DNA from: Nanobdellota archaeon
GTDB taxonomy: Archaea > Nanobdellota > Nanobdellia > Parvarchaeales > Parvarchaeaceae
Length of the DNA: 51,270 bases
Assembly: GCA_021852265.1 (NCBI GenBank)
Contig: JAJZNV010000006.1
Location: forward strand, 1 to 51,270
Reading direction: 5' to 3'
Shown here: positions 10,021 through 19,902 of the stretch, piece by piece
Layout: the number at the start of each line of letters is the position of its first letter
Numbering within the stretch: position 1 is the first letter of the stretch
Translations under genes and position numbers: made by a program
The notes under the pieces: model-generated
What the model was told of the DNA's origin: nothing
What the model saw: only the letters and a program-made list of their open reading frames with translations
Database searches by the model: none

Positions 10021-10425
10021 ATGGATAACAAAGCTATACGGCAGGTGATTGAATCAGATCCTTTTCTTAAGTACGTGGGCGTGAAAGTACTCGTGCTCAA
10101 GGAAGGCTATTGTAAGATATCGGTCGATTTCAGAGAGGAACTAACTAGATTCGGAGGCTTGCTAAATGGAGGTGCGATAGCAACACTTGCGGATGCTGCG
10201 GGTGGCTGTTCAGTTCTGACACTAAATGACGGTAGCAATCAGGTGACTGCACAGTTGGATATCTCTTTTCTAAAACCGATAAGGAGCGGGCCGGTAATAG
10301 CAGAGGCAAATGTGATCAAGAAAGGTAAGAGCCTCTCTTTTGCGGATGTCCAGGTATATGATGGAGATGGTGACAAATGCGCAGTCGCAAAGGGAATATG
10401 GTTCTTTGTCGGAGTGAGGACTTAA
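10021..10425 (+). CDS. PaaI-family acyl-CoA thioesterase (hotdog fold)
   Basis: DPFLKYVG, NGGAIATLADAAGG, ISFLKP. Confidence 0.9.
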   Translation: MDNKAIRQVIESDPFLKYVGVKVLVLKEGYCKISVDFREELTRFGGLLNGGAIATLADAAGGCSVLTLNDGSNQVTAQLDISFLKPIRSGPVIAEANVIKKGKSLSFADVQVYDGDGDKCAVAKGIWFFVGVRT

Positions 10426-10485
10426 GCGGCTGATTTTTATCTCTTTATCCCATACAGTTAAATAATAAGAACGAGTACATCTCAA

Positions 10486-11703
10486 GTGGAAAAGTCATTT
10501 TCTGAATCAATAGAACTCGTTAAGAACATTTATAAGTTTTCTTCGGAAGAACTGGAAATCCTTGAAAAGGTTGATGCTGCAGCGGGAGAGCTCGTTGCTT
10601 CTGAGTTCGACCATTACCTGAAGAGAGAAGTGAACACAGACGCCCTTGCTATAGCAAAGAAGCATGGTATCTTAGGGCTTCCCATTGATAAAAAATATGG
10701 AGGTTTGGGTGTAAATCCAATGATAAGTGTGCTTGCCGGTGAAAGATTTGGACAAGTAGGACTGGGCTTTTCCACATTTTTTGGCGCTAATGTAATGCTG
10801 GCAGGCATGGCCGTGCAAAACTGGGGCAGTGACGAGCAGAAAGAGCGCTACCTTAGGCGCCTTGCGGCAGGAGATATTATCATGGCATTCGGATTAACTG
10901 AACCCGACATAGGTAGTGATCCAATGTCACTGAAGACCAGCTACGAAAAGAAAGGCAGTAACTATATACTGAATGGTTCTAAATATTACATCTCCAACGG
11001 CGGAATTGCAAATGCAGTGGTTGTATTCGCACGTTCAAAAACAAATCCCGCTGAAATATCCGCATTCATAGTCGACACCGATAAACCAGGTTTTAAGGTG
11101 GAGATGGAACTAAAAGAAAAGATAGGACTTTTCACCTCCGACACCGGGATGTTAGGATTTCATGACCTGGAGATACCTGAGCAAAATATCCTCGGCAGTC
11201 TCGGAAATGGCATGTTAGTTGCATACTCCTCAATATTATACGGTAGGTTAGGGATATCTTCTGCATGTACCGGCGTGATGGAAGACTGCCTTAACTCAAC
11301 TGTAGCACGGGCTAAGGAGCGTATCCAGTTCGGAAAAGAGATAGGCAAACACCAGCTCGTACAAGAACATATAGCAGAGATTGCACTAAACATCGAGCGG
11401 GCGAGATGGCCTACTTATATCACAGCATTAAGAGCAATAGAATACCTTAAGAGCCCAAGTGAAGATCTAGTTAGGGAGCTAGACCAGAGAAGTGCGATCG
11501 CAAAAAGAATTGCATCGCGGGCAGCCTGGGAATCAGCAGATCATGCGGTGCAGGTATTCGGTGGCTTTGGGTATTCGCTTTTGTCCCCTGTAGGAAGACA
11601 TTATTGTGACACTCGTGTCACAAGAATATTTGAGGGAACGGATGAGATAATGAACCTAAAAATAGCCAGTCATATATTGGGTAAAGGGTTCAGGGCGTTC
11701 TAA
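10486..11703 (+). CDS. Acyl-CoA dehydrogenase
   Basis: YGGLG, AFGLTEPDIGSD, LNGSKYYISNG, RIQFGKEI, QVFGGFGY, IFEGTDEI; GTG start. Confidence 0.95.
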   Translation: MEKSFSESIELVKNIYKFSSEELEILEKVDAAAGELVASEFDHYLKREVNTDALAIAKKHGILGLPIDKKYGGLGVNPMISVLAGERFGQVGLGFSTFFGANVMLAGMAVQNWGSDEQKERYLRRLAAGDIIMAFGLTEPDIGSDPMSLKTSYEKKGSNYILNGSKYYISNGGIANAVVVFARSKTNPAEISAFIVDTDKPGFKVEMELKEKIGLFTSDTGMLGFHDLEIPEQNILGSLGNGMLVAYSSILYGRLGISSACTGVMEDCLNSTVARAKERIQFGKEIGKHQLVQEHIAEIALNIERARWPTYITALRAIEYLKSPSEDLVRELDQRSAIAKRIASRAAWESADHAVQVFGGFGYSLLSPVGRHYCDTRVTRIFEGTDEIMNLKIASHILGKGFRAF

Positions 11704-11707
11704 GCAT

Positions 11708-12151
11708 ATGCAGATAAATCTAAACGGGACTTTCGATTTAAACGCAGATCTAACAAAAACTTTCGCTTTTCTTACGGATCCTAAAAAATTGAGTACGTGT
11801 ATACAGGAGCTTAAGGAAACTAAATTTATCGACGATCGCAATTTTGAGACCGTCCTTACAATAAGGATAGGTCCCATCCCAGGTAATTTCAGTGCCAAAT
11901 GTAACATAGACCCGACGCCTCCCGACACAATAAAGCTGACAATCGAGGGCTCTGGCACAGGAAGCTCGATGCATCTTGCTTTATCTTTAAAATTAACCAA
12001 AAAGACAGAAAAAATTACCAGCGTTGCATGGAGCGCAAGTACTGAAATTGGAGGTATTGTAAGTGGATTAGGAGAAACTGTGCTACGTGAGTTAAGCAGT
12101 TCTAAGATAGAAGAGATAATAAGTGCAGTGAGAACGAAAGTGCCACAATGA
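11708..12151 (+). CDS. CoxG/SRPBCC (START-like) ligand-binding protein
   Basis: FAFLTDP..L..CI, IRIGPI, GG...GLG pattern; 147 aa. Confidence 0.8.
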   Translation: MQINLNGTFDLNADLTKTFAFLTDPKKLSTCIQELKETKFIDDRNFETVLTIRIGPIPGNFSAKCNIDPTPPDTIKLTIEGSGTGSSMHLALSLKLTKKTEKITSVAWSASTEIGGIVSGLGETVLRELSSSKIEEIISAVRTKVPQ

Positions 12152-12159
12152 AGATAATG

Positions 12160-13359
12160 TCAGATATAATCTGATTTAACGTTCTCAAGAACTATAGCGA
12201 AACCTTGTCCACCTCCAACACAGAGAGTTGCTACTCCTATTTTTTTGTTTTCATTACTTAGTGTCCTTGCAAGTGTTCCTACGAGTCTCGCTCCGCTCGC
12301 ACCGAGAGGGTGTCCTATTGATATAGCACCGCCGTGGATGTTCACTTTATTAGGGTCCAGTTTAAGCTCTCTCATCGCATACAAAACAACAACTGCAAAA
12401 GCCTCGTTTATCTCCCAATAATCAACGTCTTCGACTCTCAATCCTGCATTTTTTAGGGCTTTTATAGAAGCTGGGACTGGCCCTTTACCCATAACAGATG
12501 GGTCCACTCCTGCCCAGCCCATTGACCTTATCTTTGCCAGCGGAGTCAGCCCATATTTTTTAACCGCATTTCCCGAAGCAAGCATAACCAATGAAGCGCC
12601 GGCGTTTAGCGGAGAAGAATTCCCCACAGTTATTGTGCCGTTCGTCTTAAATGCAGACGGAAGTGCCTTTATCTGTTCTAATGTCGTGTCTTGCCTTATA
12701 CTCTGATCTTTATCTACCACGGTTCTTTTACCCTGAAAATCGACTTCTACCGGCATTATCTCATCATTGAACCATCCAGACTGCTGAGCTTTTGAAGCTA
12801 ACATATGGCTTCTTAATGACAGTTCATCCATCGCATCCTTTGTTATGCTACTCTCCTCTGCTAATTTCTCTGCAGTAAGTCCCATGTTGTACCCTACACC
12901 CATCTGGTATTTTGTATATTCGGGCATTGTGAGAAGTTTGTAATTTGGAATTATAAACGGATTATCGCCTATTGGAAGATGAGTCATATGTTCCATCCCG
13001 CCGGCCAGAACGATCTCGGAATTGCCGCTCATTATTTCCATGGCACCTGTGCTTATGGACATCATTGAGGAAGAACATGCCCTATCGATGCCCATCCCAG
13101 GCACTTCCACAGGTAATCCTGCCAAAAGAACAGGATGCCTTCCACCATACAACCAGTTTTCGCCAGCCTGGAAAGCACAGCCAGTTATTACATCACCTAT
13201 CTCAATCGGATTTATTTTCGTTCTCTGAACCACTTTTTTTATAAGCATAGCGAGGGCTTCATCCATTCTTAATGAATTAAAGACGTCTCTTTCCGGCTCT
13301 TTGGGTCTAGATCTAGAAAAGGCTGTCCTGAGATAATCAACTATGTATGCATTTGCCAT
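12160..13359 (-). CDS. Acetyl-CoA C-acyltransferase (thiolase)
   Basis: RACSSS (Cys), NEAF, GHPLGASG, CVGGGQG; true start MANAY at 13359, immediately after the upstream stop. Confidence 0.95.
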   Translation of the reverse strand: MANAYIVDYLRTAFSRSRPKEPERDVFNSLRMDEALAMLIKKVVQRTKINPIEIGDVITGCAFQAGENWLYGGRHPVLLAGLPVEVPGMGIDRACSSSMMSISTGAMEIMSGNSEIVLAGGMEHMTHLPIGDNPFIIPNYKLLTMPEYTKYQMGVGYNMGLTAEKLAEESSITKDAMDELSLRSHMLASKAQQSGWFNDEIMPVEVDFQGKRTVVDKDQSIRQDTTLEQIKALPSAFKTNGTITVGNSSPLNAGASLVMLASGNAVKKYGLTPLAKIRSMGWAGVDPSVMGKGPVPASIKALKNAGLRVEDVDYWEINEAFAVVVLYAMRELKLDPNKVNIHGGAISIGHPLGASGARLVGTLARTLSNENKKIGVATLCVGGGQGFAIVLENVKSDYI

Positions 13360-13360
13360 A

Positions 13361-15337
13361 TCATTTCCCCTTGAACTCCGGTTTTCTTTTTGAAAGGAAT
13401 GATGAAAGACCCTCCTTAAGATCATCTGTACCGAAGATTATCCCTCCAGCTGTAGACTCAAGATCAAATCCTGCCTCAAGTGGGGTTTCAATTCCTTTGT
13501 TTATCAGGACCTTCGCCAGCATTGCGGATACAGGCGCAGAATTCTCAGAGATCTCCTTGGCGTATTCCAGAGCTGCGGCATCTATATCACTGTCTATTAC
13601 TTTTGAGACTAATCCCTTCTCAAACGCCTCCTTCCCGCTCATCTTCTCTCCGGTAAGTATCAGTCTGGAAGCAATAGACGTCCCGACTAATTTAGAGATG
13701 CGTTGTGAACCTCCCCACAAGGGTATAAGCCCGCGATTTATTTCCGGCAGCCCAAGAAGGGCTCCGCTGGTTGCTAAGCGAATATCACAGGCGAGGGCCA
13801 GCTCAAATCCACCGCCGAGCGCGTAGCCTTCGATTACGGCAATGGTTATCTTTGGAGTCCCAGAAAATTTTTCCATAGTCTCCTGTCCTTTCTTTGAAAA
13901 TTCTATGAATTGCAGTTCATTTTGAAAAAACATTGAAAGATCTGCGCCGGCAGATAAAATTCCACCCGCTCCTCTTATTAGAATAACTCTTGTTTCAGTG
14001 TCAGCTCTAAGAACGGTCATGGCTCGATTTAATTCATCCAAAGTATCTCCATTTATAAGATTTAGCTTTGGCCGGTTTAGCGTTATGCGCATGACTTTTG
14101 GTGCCACCTTCTCGACTAATATAGTTTTAAATTCGGACTTAGTCCCTGCTGTATACTGCCCTGCATCAGTAACAGATAGTCTGCCGTCTACAGCATCACG
14201 CATTTTATTGGCTTTTATGCTAGCGGCGGGCTCAAATACATTTACGTCGAATTTCTTTGCCAGGTTTTCCAGTCTCACCTTCACGTCGGAATTATCAAGT
14301 CCTTTTGCCACAGATATTGGTCCGAATGGCCTGTTTAAGCCAAGCTTTACGGCAGTCTCTATATCATCCGGGCTCGCTACTCCGTTTTCTATCAATTTTA
14401 CAGCCTCATTTATTTCCAGAGCGAATATATCTACTAACTCCAATTTATCGCTCGGCCTTGCCGAATCCAGGATTTTCGGTCTGCCATTCTTCCAATCATA
14501 AAAACCGGCACCGTTCTTTTTGCCGAGGCGGTTATCCTTCACAAGTTCGGCGTATACTTTCGCTTTTGAGTAATCTGGCGACAGCTTATCTGCAAAGTAG
14601 AGCAGCGAGTCATTGACGATGTCTATACCTACAAAATCAAATAACTCATACGGTCCCATCGGCAGTCCCTGTGCCCTTACAAATGCGTCTATCTCCTCTG
14701 GTTTCGCAATTCCTTTATCTACAAAAAGACCGAAGAGAAGGATCTCCGGTGCACTTATCCTATTCACAATGAAACCGGGCGTGTCTTTATTCACTTTTAT
14801 TGGGGTCTTTCCTATTGATTTTATTAATTGCACAACGGAATCAAAAACCTGATCACTAGTCTTCTCCCCCTTTATTACCTCTACAAGCTTAAGTACAACC
14901 GGAGGATTGAAGAAGTGGGTCCCTATAACCCTCTCTGGGTTCTTGGTTTGTGCGGCGATGTCCGTTATTCTTATGTTGGATGTGTTTGAACAGAGTATTG
15001 TATTTTCTCCCGTTAGTTCTCCGAGTTGCTTGAATATTCTTGCTTTCAGGTCAAGTTTTTCTGGTACAGCTTCTATAACAAAACCGACGCCGTCTATTCC
15101 TGCAGACATGTCTGTGTAAGTCTTTATCTTATTAAGGGCATCTTTAGCCTGCTGCGCAGTTATTACATTTTTTGTTGACAATCGCGCCAGACTATCTGAT
15201 ATCTTCTCAACAGCCGCGGTCAGGGCATCCTTGTTTATGTCAATTAGTCCAACCGTGAATCCAGAAAGTGCGAATACTTCGGTTATCTCATGCCCCATTT
15301 CGCCGGCGCCGATTACGGCAATCTTCTTGGTATCCAT
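13361..15337 (-). CDS. Bifunctional 3-hydroxyacyl-CoA dehydrogenase / enoyl-CoA hydratase (archaeal HCDH-ECH order)
   Basis: GAGEMG Rossmann, EAVPE, SNTS, HFFNP, PGFIVNR, PMGP; C-terminal crotonase AGADL, GGGFELALACD, LPEI. Confidence 0.95.
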   Translation of the reverse strand: MDTKKIAVIGAGEMGHEITEVFALSGFTVGLIDINKDALTAAVEKISDSLARLSTKNVITAQQAKDALNKIKTYTDMSAGIDGVGFVIEAVPEKLDLKARIFKQLGELTGENTILCSNTSNIRITDIAAQTKNPERVIGTHFFNPPVVLKLVEVIKGEKTSDQVFDSVVQLIKSIGKTPIKVNKDTPGFIVNRISAPEILLFGLFVDKGIAKPEEIDAFVRAQGLPMGPYELFDFVGIDIVNDSLLYFADKLSPDYSKAKVYAELVKDNRLGKKNGAGFYDWKNGRPKILDSARPSDKLELVDIFALEINEAVKLIENGVASPDDIETAVKLGLNRPFGPISVAKGLDNSDVKVRLENLAKKFDVNVFEPAASIKANKMRDAVDGRLSVTDAGQYTAGTKSEFKTILVEKVAPKVMRITLNRPKLNLINGDTLDELNRAMTVLRADTETRVILIRGAGGILSAGADLSMFFQNELQFIEFSKKGQETMEKFSGTPKITIAVIEGYALGGGFELALACDIRLATSGALLGLPEINRGLIPLWGGSQRISKLVGTSIASRLILTGEKMSGKEAFEKGLVSKVIDSDIDAAALEYAKEISENSAPVSAMLAKVLINKGIETPLEAGFDLESTAGGIIFGTDDLKEGLSSFLSKRKPEFKGK

Positions 15338-15346
15338 AAAGTAACC

Positions 15347-15685
15347 CTAGCCAGCTCTTTTCAGCAATGCGACAAGTTTTTGCGCAGAAGAAAGATCTCC
15401 GGAAACCTTTAGTTTGCCGAATAAAAATGCCTTTACGCCATCAAGCTTTCCATTTATTATATCTTCTAAAACCTGATCTGCCCCCGTAAATACATTTTTG
15501 GCATCCGTTATTTCTCCATCGGTCATCGACAGCGTACCATCTTCGCTGAACTGTATACAAAAAGCTGCGGTGTCGGATGGCTTAAACTGAAACTTCGAGC
15601 CGCTCCAGGCTTTTGCATCATTTTTAAGGTCTGGCTTTACATTGAACTTGTCGATCAATGCCTTCATTGCGTCGTGCGATGTCAT
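15347..15685 (-). CDS. SCP2 sterol/lipid carrier domain protein
   Basis: IINGKLDGVKAFLFGKLKVSGD signature. Confidence 0.9.
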   Translation of the reverse strand: MTSHDAMKALIDKFNVKPDLKNDAKAWSGSKFQFKPSDTAAFCIQFSEDGTLSMTDGEITDAKNVFTGADQVLEDIINGKLDGVKAFLFGKLKVSGDLSSAQKLVALLKRAG

Positions 15686-15724
15686 AATTATGATTGTGAT
15701 TTTGTGGTAATAAATGTTACGTTA

Positions 15725-17347
15725 TTAGGGAGATTTTAAATATGTCTGCAGATGCTCGCGTAATACCTTCTTATCTGCCTTTTCTGTACTAGTTTTCGGA
15801 AGTGAATCAACAAAAATAACTTTGTCGGGTATCCACCATTTTTCTATCCTGTGGCTGTCAACGTATTTCTGTAGATGCGCTTTTATCTCTTCCTCAGTTA
15901 TGTCTCCCTTTTTGACTACAAAAGCCACCGGTCGTTCGCCCCATTTATCGCTTGGCATCGCAACTACTGCGACCTCACCGACCCTCTCATTATCACTTAT
16001 TGCGTCCTCAAGGACTAGCGTTGGTATATACTCACCACCACTCTTTACAACATCTTTCTCTCTATCGCTTATATGCAGGTATCCATGTTCATCTATAAAG
16101 CCTAGATCGCCAGTGTGCAGCCATCCGCCACGCCACAGTTCCGCGGTTTTCTCCGCGTCTTTGAAATATTCTTTAGTGACCCAAGGTGCCCTGGCAACTA
16201 TCTCTCCCGCAGTTTTACCATCTCTCGGAACTTCTTTCATATTCTTATCAACAATTTTTATTTCTGCCATAGGAATAGGCAGACCTGCACTCAGCGATAA
16301 TTCAAACTTTTCATCTTCTGACAGGGAAGCCGCTGCGTCGTTCTCTGAGAATATTGAAAGTACCGGACATGTTTCAGATAGTCCATATCCTCCTATTGTT
16401 ATTATCCCCAGCTCCTTGGCCCTGAGGGCCAATCCCTTAGGCAGGGAAGAACCACCAATTATTACTTTCCAGCCTCTTAGATATTCTCTGTATTCGTTGA
16501 TTTTTGGGGAATTAAGTATCATATAGAGTATCGCTGGCACCATTGCAGAGAACGTAACTTTCTCCTTTTTTATAAGTTCCAGTATGGTATCTACCTCATA
16601 CCTGCCAGCCAGAACATACTTGTTTCCACCAAGGAGTCCAGCATATGGCATGCCCCACTGGTGCACATGGAATAAAGGAACGGCAGTCATAAAAACATCC
16701 TTATCGGTTAGGTTTAGCGGAGGAGCCCGCACGGCCGATGAAACCGCAAGAGTATGCAGGACAAGATCGCGATGCGTGAAGAGCACTCCTTTCGGCATTC
16801 CCGTGGTTGCCGATGTATAAAAGATAGTTGCGATCGTATCCTCCTCAAGATCTGGAAATTCATACTCCGCGTCTTTTATGATATCATCATAGTTATAGAA
16901 CGGTGATAGAGTAGTCTCTATCTTACTATGGTCCTCTTTATAAATTATCCAGCCCTTGATAAAATTGAAAAGTTCTTTATTCTGTTCAAGGATAGGTACA
17001 AAGTCCTCCCTTACGATAACATATTTGTCTTCAGCATGGTTCATCGTGTAATATATCAATTCTGGAGTGTAGCGGATATTAACCGTGTGTAGTATCGCCC
17101 CCATCATTGGAACTGCAAAGTAGGCTTCCATATACCTGTTCGTGTCCCAGTCAAGCACGCTCACGATGTCACCCTTCTTTACACCGATTTTTTCGAGCCC
17201 GGCTGCAAAGTTTCTTACGCGTTTAAAGAATTCTTTGAAGGTGTATTTTTCTCTATCTGCGTACAGTATCTCTCTATCTGGAAAATTTAAAGCAGTATTT
17301 ATAAAAAGATTTTTTAGGATAAGTTTAGAAGTATGATAGCCATCCAT
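15725..17347 (-). CDS. Fatty-acid--CoA ligase (AlkK-like AMP-forming)
   Basis: YTSATTGMPKG, PLFHVHQWG, YGLSE, WLHTGD, DREKDVVKSGGE, KWGERP. Confidence 0.93.
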   Translation of the reverse strand: MDGYHTSKLILKNLFINTALNFPDREILYADREKYTFKEFFKRVRNFAAGLEKIGVKKGDIVSVLDWDTNRYMEAYFAVPMMGAILHTVNIRYTPELIYYTMNHAEDKYVIVREDFVPILEQNKELFNFIKGWIIYKEDHSKIETTLSPFYNYDDIIKDAEYEFPDLEEDTIATIFYTSATTGMPKGVLFTHRDLVLHTLAVSSAVRAPPLNLTDKDVFMTAVPLFHVHQWGMPYAGLLGGNKYVLAGRYEVDTILELIKKEKVTFSAMVPAILYMILNSPKINEYREYLRGWKVIIGGSSLPKGLALRAKELGIITIGGYGLSETCPVLSIFSENDAAASLSEDEKFELSLSAGLPIPMAEIKIVDKNMKEVPRDGKTAGEIVARAPWVTKEYFKDAEKTAELWRGGWLHTGDLGFIDEHGYLHISDREKDVVKSGGEYIPTLVLEDAISDNERVGEVAVVAMPSDKWGERPVAFVVKKGDITEEEIKAHLQKYVDSHRIEKWWIPDKVIFVDSLPKTSTEKADKKVLREHLQTYLKSP

Positions 17348-17418
17348 TTAATTTTGTTACGCCCATGTTATATAAGCATTAAAGAAGAATGCAGACTGCA
17401 GTACCAGAATCTGATGCC

Positions 17419-18384
17419 CTACAAGAAATGAACTTTTTCAAAAGAACGTTTTAGTCTCAAAGCGCCATTGTTCCTGTTTACATGCACCGTCACGCCAAAT
17501 GTTCTTTCACCCACTATAAATTCTGGTGAAAACCAATACACGCGATATTCTTTCCCTTCTAAAGTTGCTTGAGCAAACTTGTAAGCATCGCGCATAAACG
17601 GCATATGCTTAACTGCAGTATCGTAACTTCTGTTTATCGCTTCCTGTGTAGTTTTAACTGGTCCGGTAATCCTGTTTGGATTAACATGCAACATGGATGT
17701 TTTGCCACTTAATTTATGGCCCACATGGTATTTCCAATATTTTATTGTGTAAGATTTGCCAGCACGTATTTCTTTTACAATCAGCCAGATCAAAGGATTT
17801 ATGGTTGGAATTACGCCATTTGCATGCAGGGTCTTTACCCGTATATTAACTCTTAATCTCATAATCCCTCGGACTGAAAAGTAACATATATATGCGGCAA
17901 AAATTGTCCAAACGGTATAAGTCCAAACTGCCATCGGCACGCTTCCTTTTTCAAACAAAAGGATAAAGAAAGCACTTATTGACCCTGCAGTAACCACGAG
18001 ATTCACGGCTACGTCCGCATCTGCATGCAGCTGTCGTTCAGATAGCGGGGAAAATGGTGGAATAGAAAAATTTGTAAATCCGTCAAGTGCAAGGTGGGTC
18101 AGCCCGCCTATTTCAAATGCAACAAAAAACAAAAAATAGTCTCCTACCGATATGCATACTGCGAGAAACGCCATTATCAGAGAAAAAACGGTTACTCCTA
18201 TAATAGAGTGCGTTATCCCATGATGCTTAAAGCGTGGAAATATTTTCGTAAGTGGGTAGAGGAGGATATCCGCATCTGGTAAGCCACCTCCAAGTGCAGC
18301 AGCGGCGATATAATTAGTGGCAGATTGACCAAATAGTCCAAATGCGATTGTATATGGAAATAATATATGGGTAAACAAGTCCAT
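17419..18384 (-). CDS. Membrane-bound metal-dependent hydrolase (YdjM/DUF457-like)
   Basis: MDLFTH, LPDAD, HHGITHS, THLALD; multiple TM. Confidence 0.85.
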   Translation of the reverse strand: MDLFTHILFPYTIAFGLFGQSATNYIAAAALGGGLPDADILLYPLTKIFPRFKHHGITHSIIGVTVFSLIMAFLAVCISVGDYFLFFVAFEIGGLTHLALDGFTNFSIPPFSPLSERQLHADADVAVNLVVTAGSISAFFILLFEKGSVPMAVWTYTVWTIFAAYICYFSVRGIMRLRVNIRVKTLHANGVIPTINPLIWLIVKEIRAGKSYTIKYWKYHVGHKLSGKTSMLHVNPNRITGPVKTTQEAINRSYDTAVKHMPFMRDAYKFAQATLEGKEYRVYWFSPEFIVGERTFGVTVHVNRNNGALRLKRSFEKVHFL

Positions 18385-18388
18385 AAAC

Positions 18389-19819
18389 TTATTTACCGCC
18401 TTCTATATCGCGTCCTCGTGTGAATGATAGTATTCCTGCGATTGCTAATATCACAAGTGCAACATACAAGGCAACATATATACCGGACATGAATTCTGCA
18501 GAAACTTTTCCTATGAGTGTACTTGTGCCGACAAATATCTCAAATGCAGTGCTTTTTGGGATAGAGTGCGCAGCGACAGAGATAACAAGCACAAAGCTGA
18601 ACATTATACCCAGTGAGCTCATAGTTCTCAGGAGTCCATTTGTGGCCCCATACGCGCCAGGCTGTGCATTTGCCATAACGGCCCGGTTATTCGATGGGAA
18701 AAACATTGCTGAACCGATGCCAGATACAATTGATGCAGCAAGTATAAGTGAAATGTAATATGACAGTGTCGCACTGAGATTCAAATAGAGGAGTATGGCT
18801 ACACACATAAGTGCAATCCCTGCAGTTGCTATATTTCTTGCACCATATCTATCTGCGAGGCCCCCCATAAAAGGGGCTAGCAGTCCGCTAAGTATATACC
18901 CTGGCACCAAAACTAGTGCCGCATCAAGGGGGGATAACCCCCTAATCCCCTGCATATACATTATTATAAGAAAAGCTATAGCGAGGTATCCTAAACTCTG
19001 AAACAGCGCCGCCAATATACTGGAACGAAGAATGCGATTCTTAAACTGGCGAAGGTCAAGCATCGGACTATGCGTTTTTAATTCCCATAATACAAAGGCG
19101 GGGAGTAATGCTGCCCCCATAAGCATCATAACTACATCCGAAATTGATAATGAAGTAGCAATAGAATTTATAGCACTATAAGAGAGCAAAAATACTGCTG
19201 CACCAAATGTGAGCATCCCTGGTATATCCATCCCGCTCTTTATTATTGGGTTATCACGTATATACTTCAATCCGTAGAAGAATGCCACAATACCTATCGG
19301 AACGTTTATGAAAAAGATATAACGCCATCCTAAGAATGTAGTTATTACTCCCCCTATAACTATTCCAAGCATCGCTCCCACATTCCAGCCCATAGCTGTA
19401 AATCCGAATGCATGGCCACGCTCTTTCGGCTCAAAGGTATCCGCGATTATTGCGCCGCTGTTTGCAGTCATCATCGCACCTCCTATCGCTTGGAAAACTC
19501 TGGACCCTATCAAAAACGTATCTGAGAGGGCCAAACCGCATGCAAATGAACTCGCCGTAAATATTATAAAACCGAAATTAAATATCCTTGCTCTTCCGAA
19601 TATGTCGCCGATTCTGCCAAGTTGTGTCGTGCAAACCGTAACGATTAGGAGATATGCTAATATAACCCAGATTATACTAAGAAAATTTGAGTTAAGCTCG
19701 TTTACAATTGTAGGAAAAGCCAGTAATACAACCGTGCTGTCTACGCCAACCATCATAGTGGCGAGCACGAGTATTCCCAACACGACGTTTTTATTCGAGG
19801 GGCTCTTGCGGGCTGTCAT
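18389..19819 (-). CDS. MFS transporter, DHA2/EmrB-like (14 TM)
   Basis: DSTVV, WVILAY, GRIGDIFGR, GWRYIFFINVPIG. Confidence 0.92.
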   Translation of the reverse strand: MTARKSPSNKNVVLGILVLATMMVGVDSTVVLLAFPTIVNELNSNFLSIIWVILAYLLIVTVCTTQLGRIGDIFGRARIFNFGFIIFTASSFACGLALSDTFLIGSRVFQAIGGAMMTANSGAIIADTFEPKERGHAFGFTAMGWNVGAMLGIVIGGVITTFLGWRYIFFINVPIGIVAFFYGLKYIRDNPIIKSGMDIPGMLTFGAAVFLLSYSAINSIATSLSISDVVMMLMGAALLPAFVLWELKTHSPMLDLRQFKNRILRSSILAALFQSLGYLAIAFLIIMYMQGIRGLSPLDAALVLVPGYILSGLLAPFMGGLADRYGARNIATAGIALMCVAILLYLNLSATLSYYISLILAASIVSGIGSAMFFPSNNRAVMANAQPGAYGATNGLLRTMSSLGIMFSFVLVISVAAHSIPKSTAFEIFVGTSTLIGKVSAEFMSGIYVALYVALVILAIAGILSFTRGRDIEGGK

Positions 19820-19902
19820 ACAGATTTTATCTGTGGAACAAATAAAAACTTAACTATGTATTTTAGAATAGTATTTAATTTAATACCCCTATAAATCGTA
19901 TT

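Noticed and set aside
11708-12151. CoxG as evidence for aerobic CO dehydrogenase
   Set aside because: No coxLMS genes; context is lipid catabolism
15822-16526. Long antisense ORFs (e.g. 234 aa here; also 13998-14501, 7202-7690, 43176-43580)
   Set aside because: Shadows of well-supported genes on the opposite strand with no motifs
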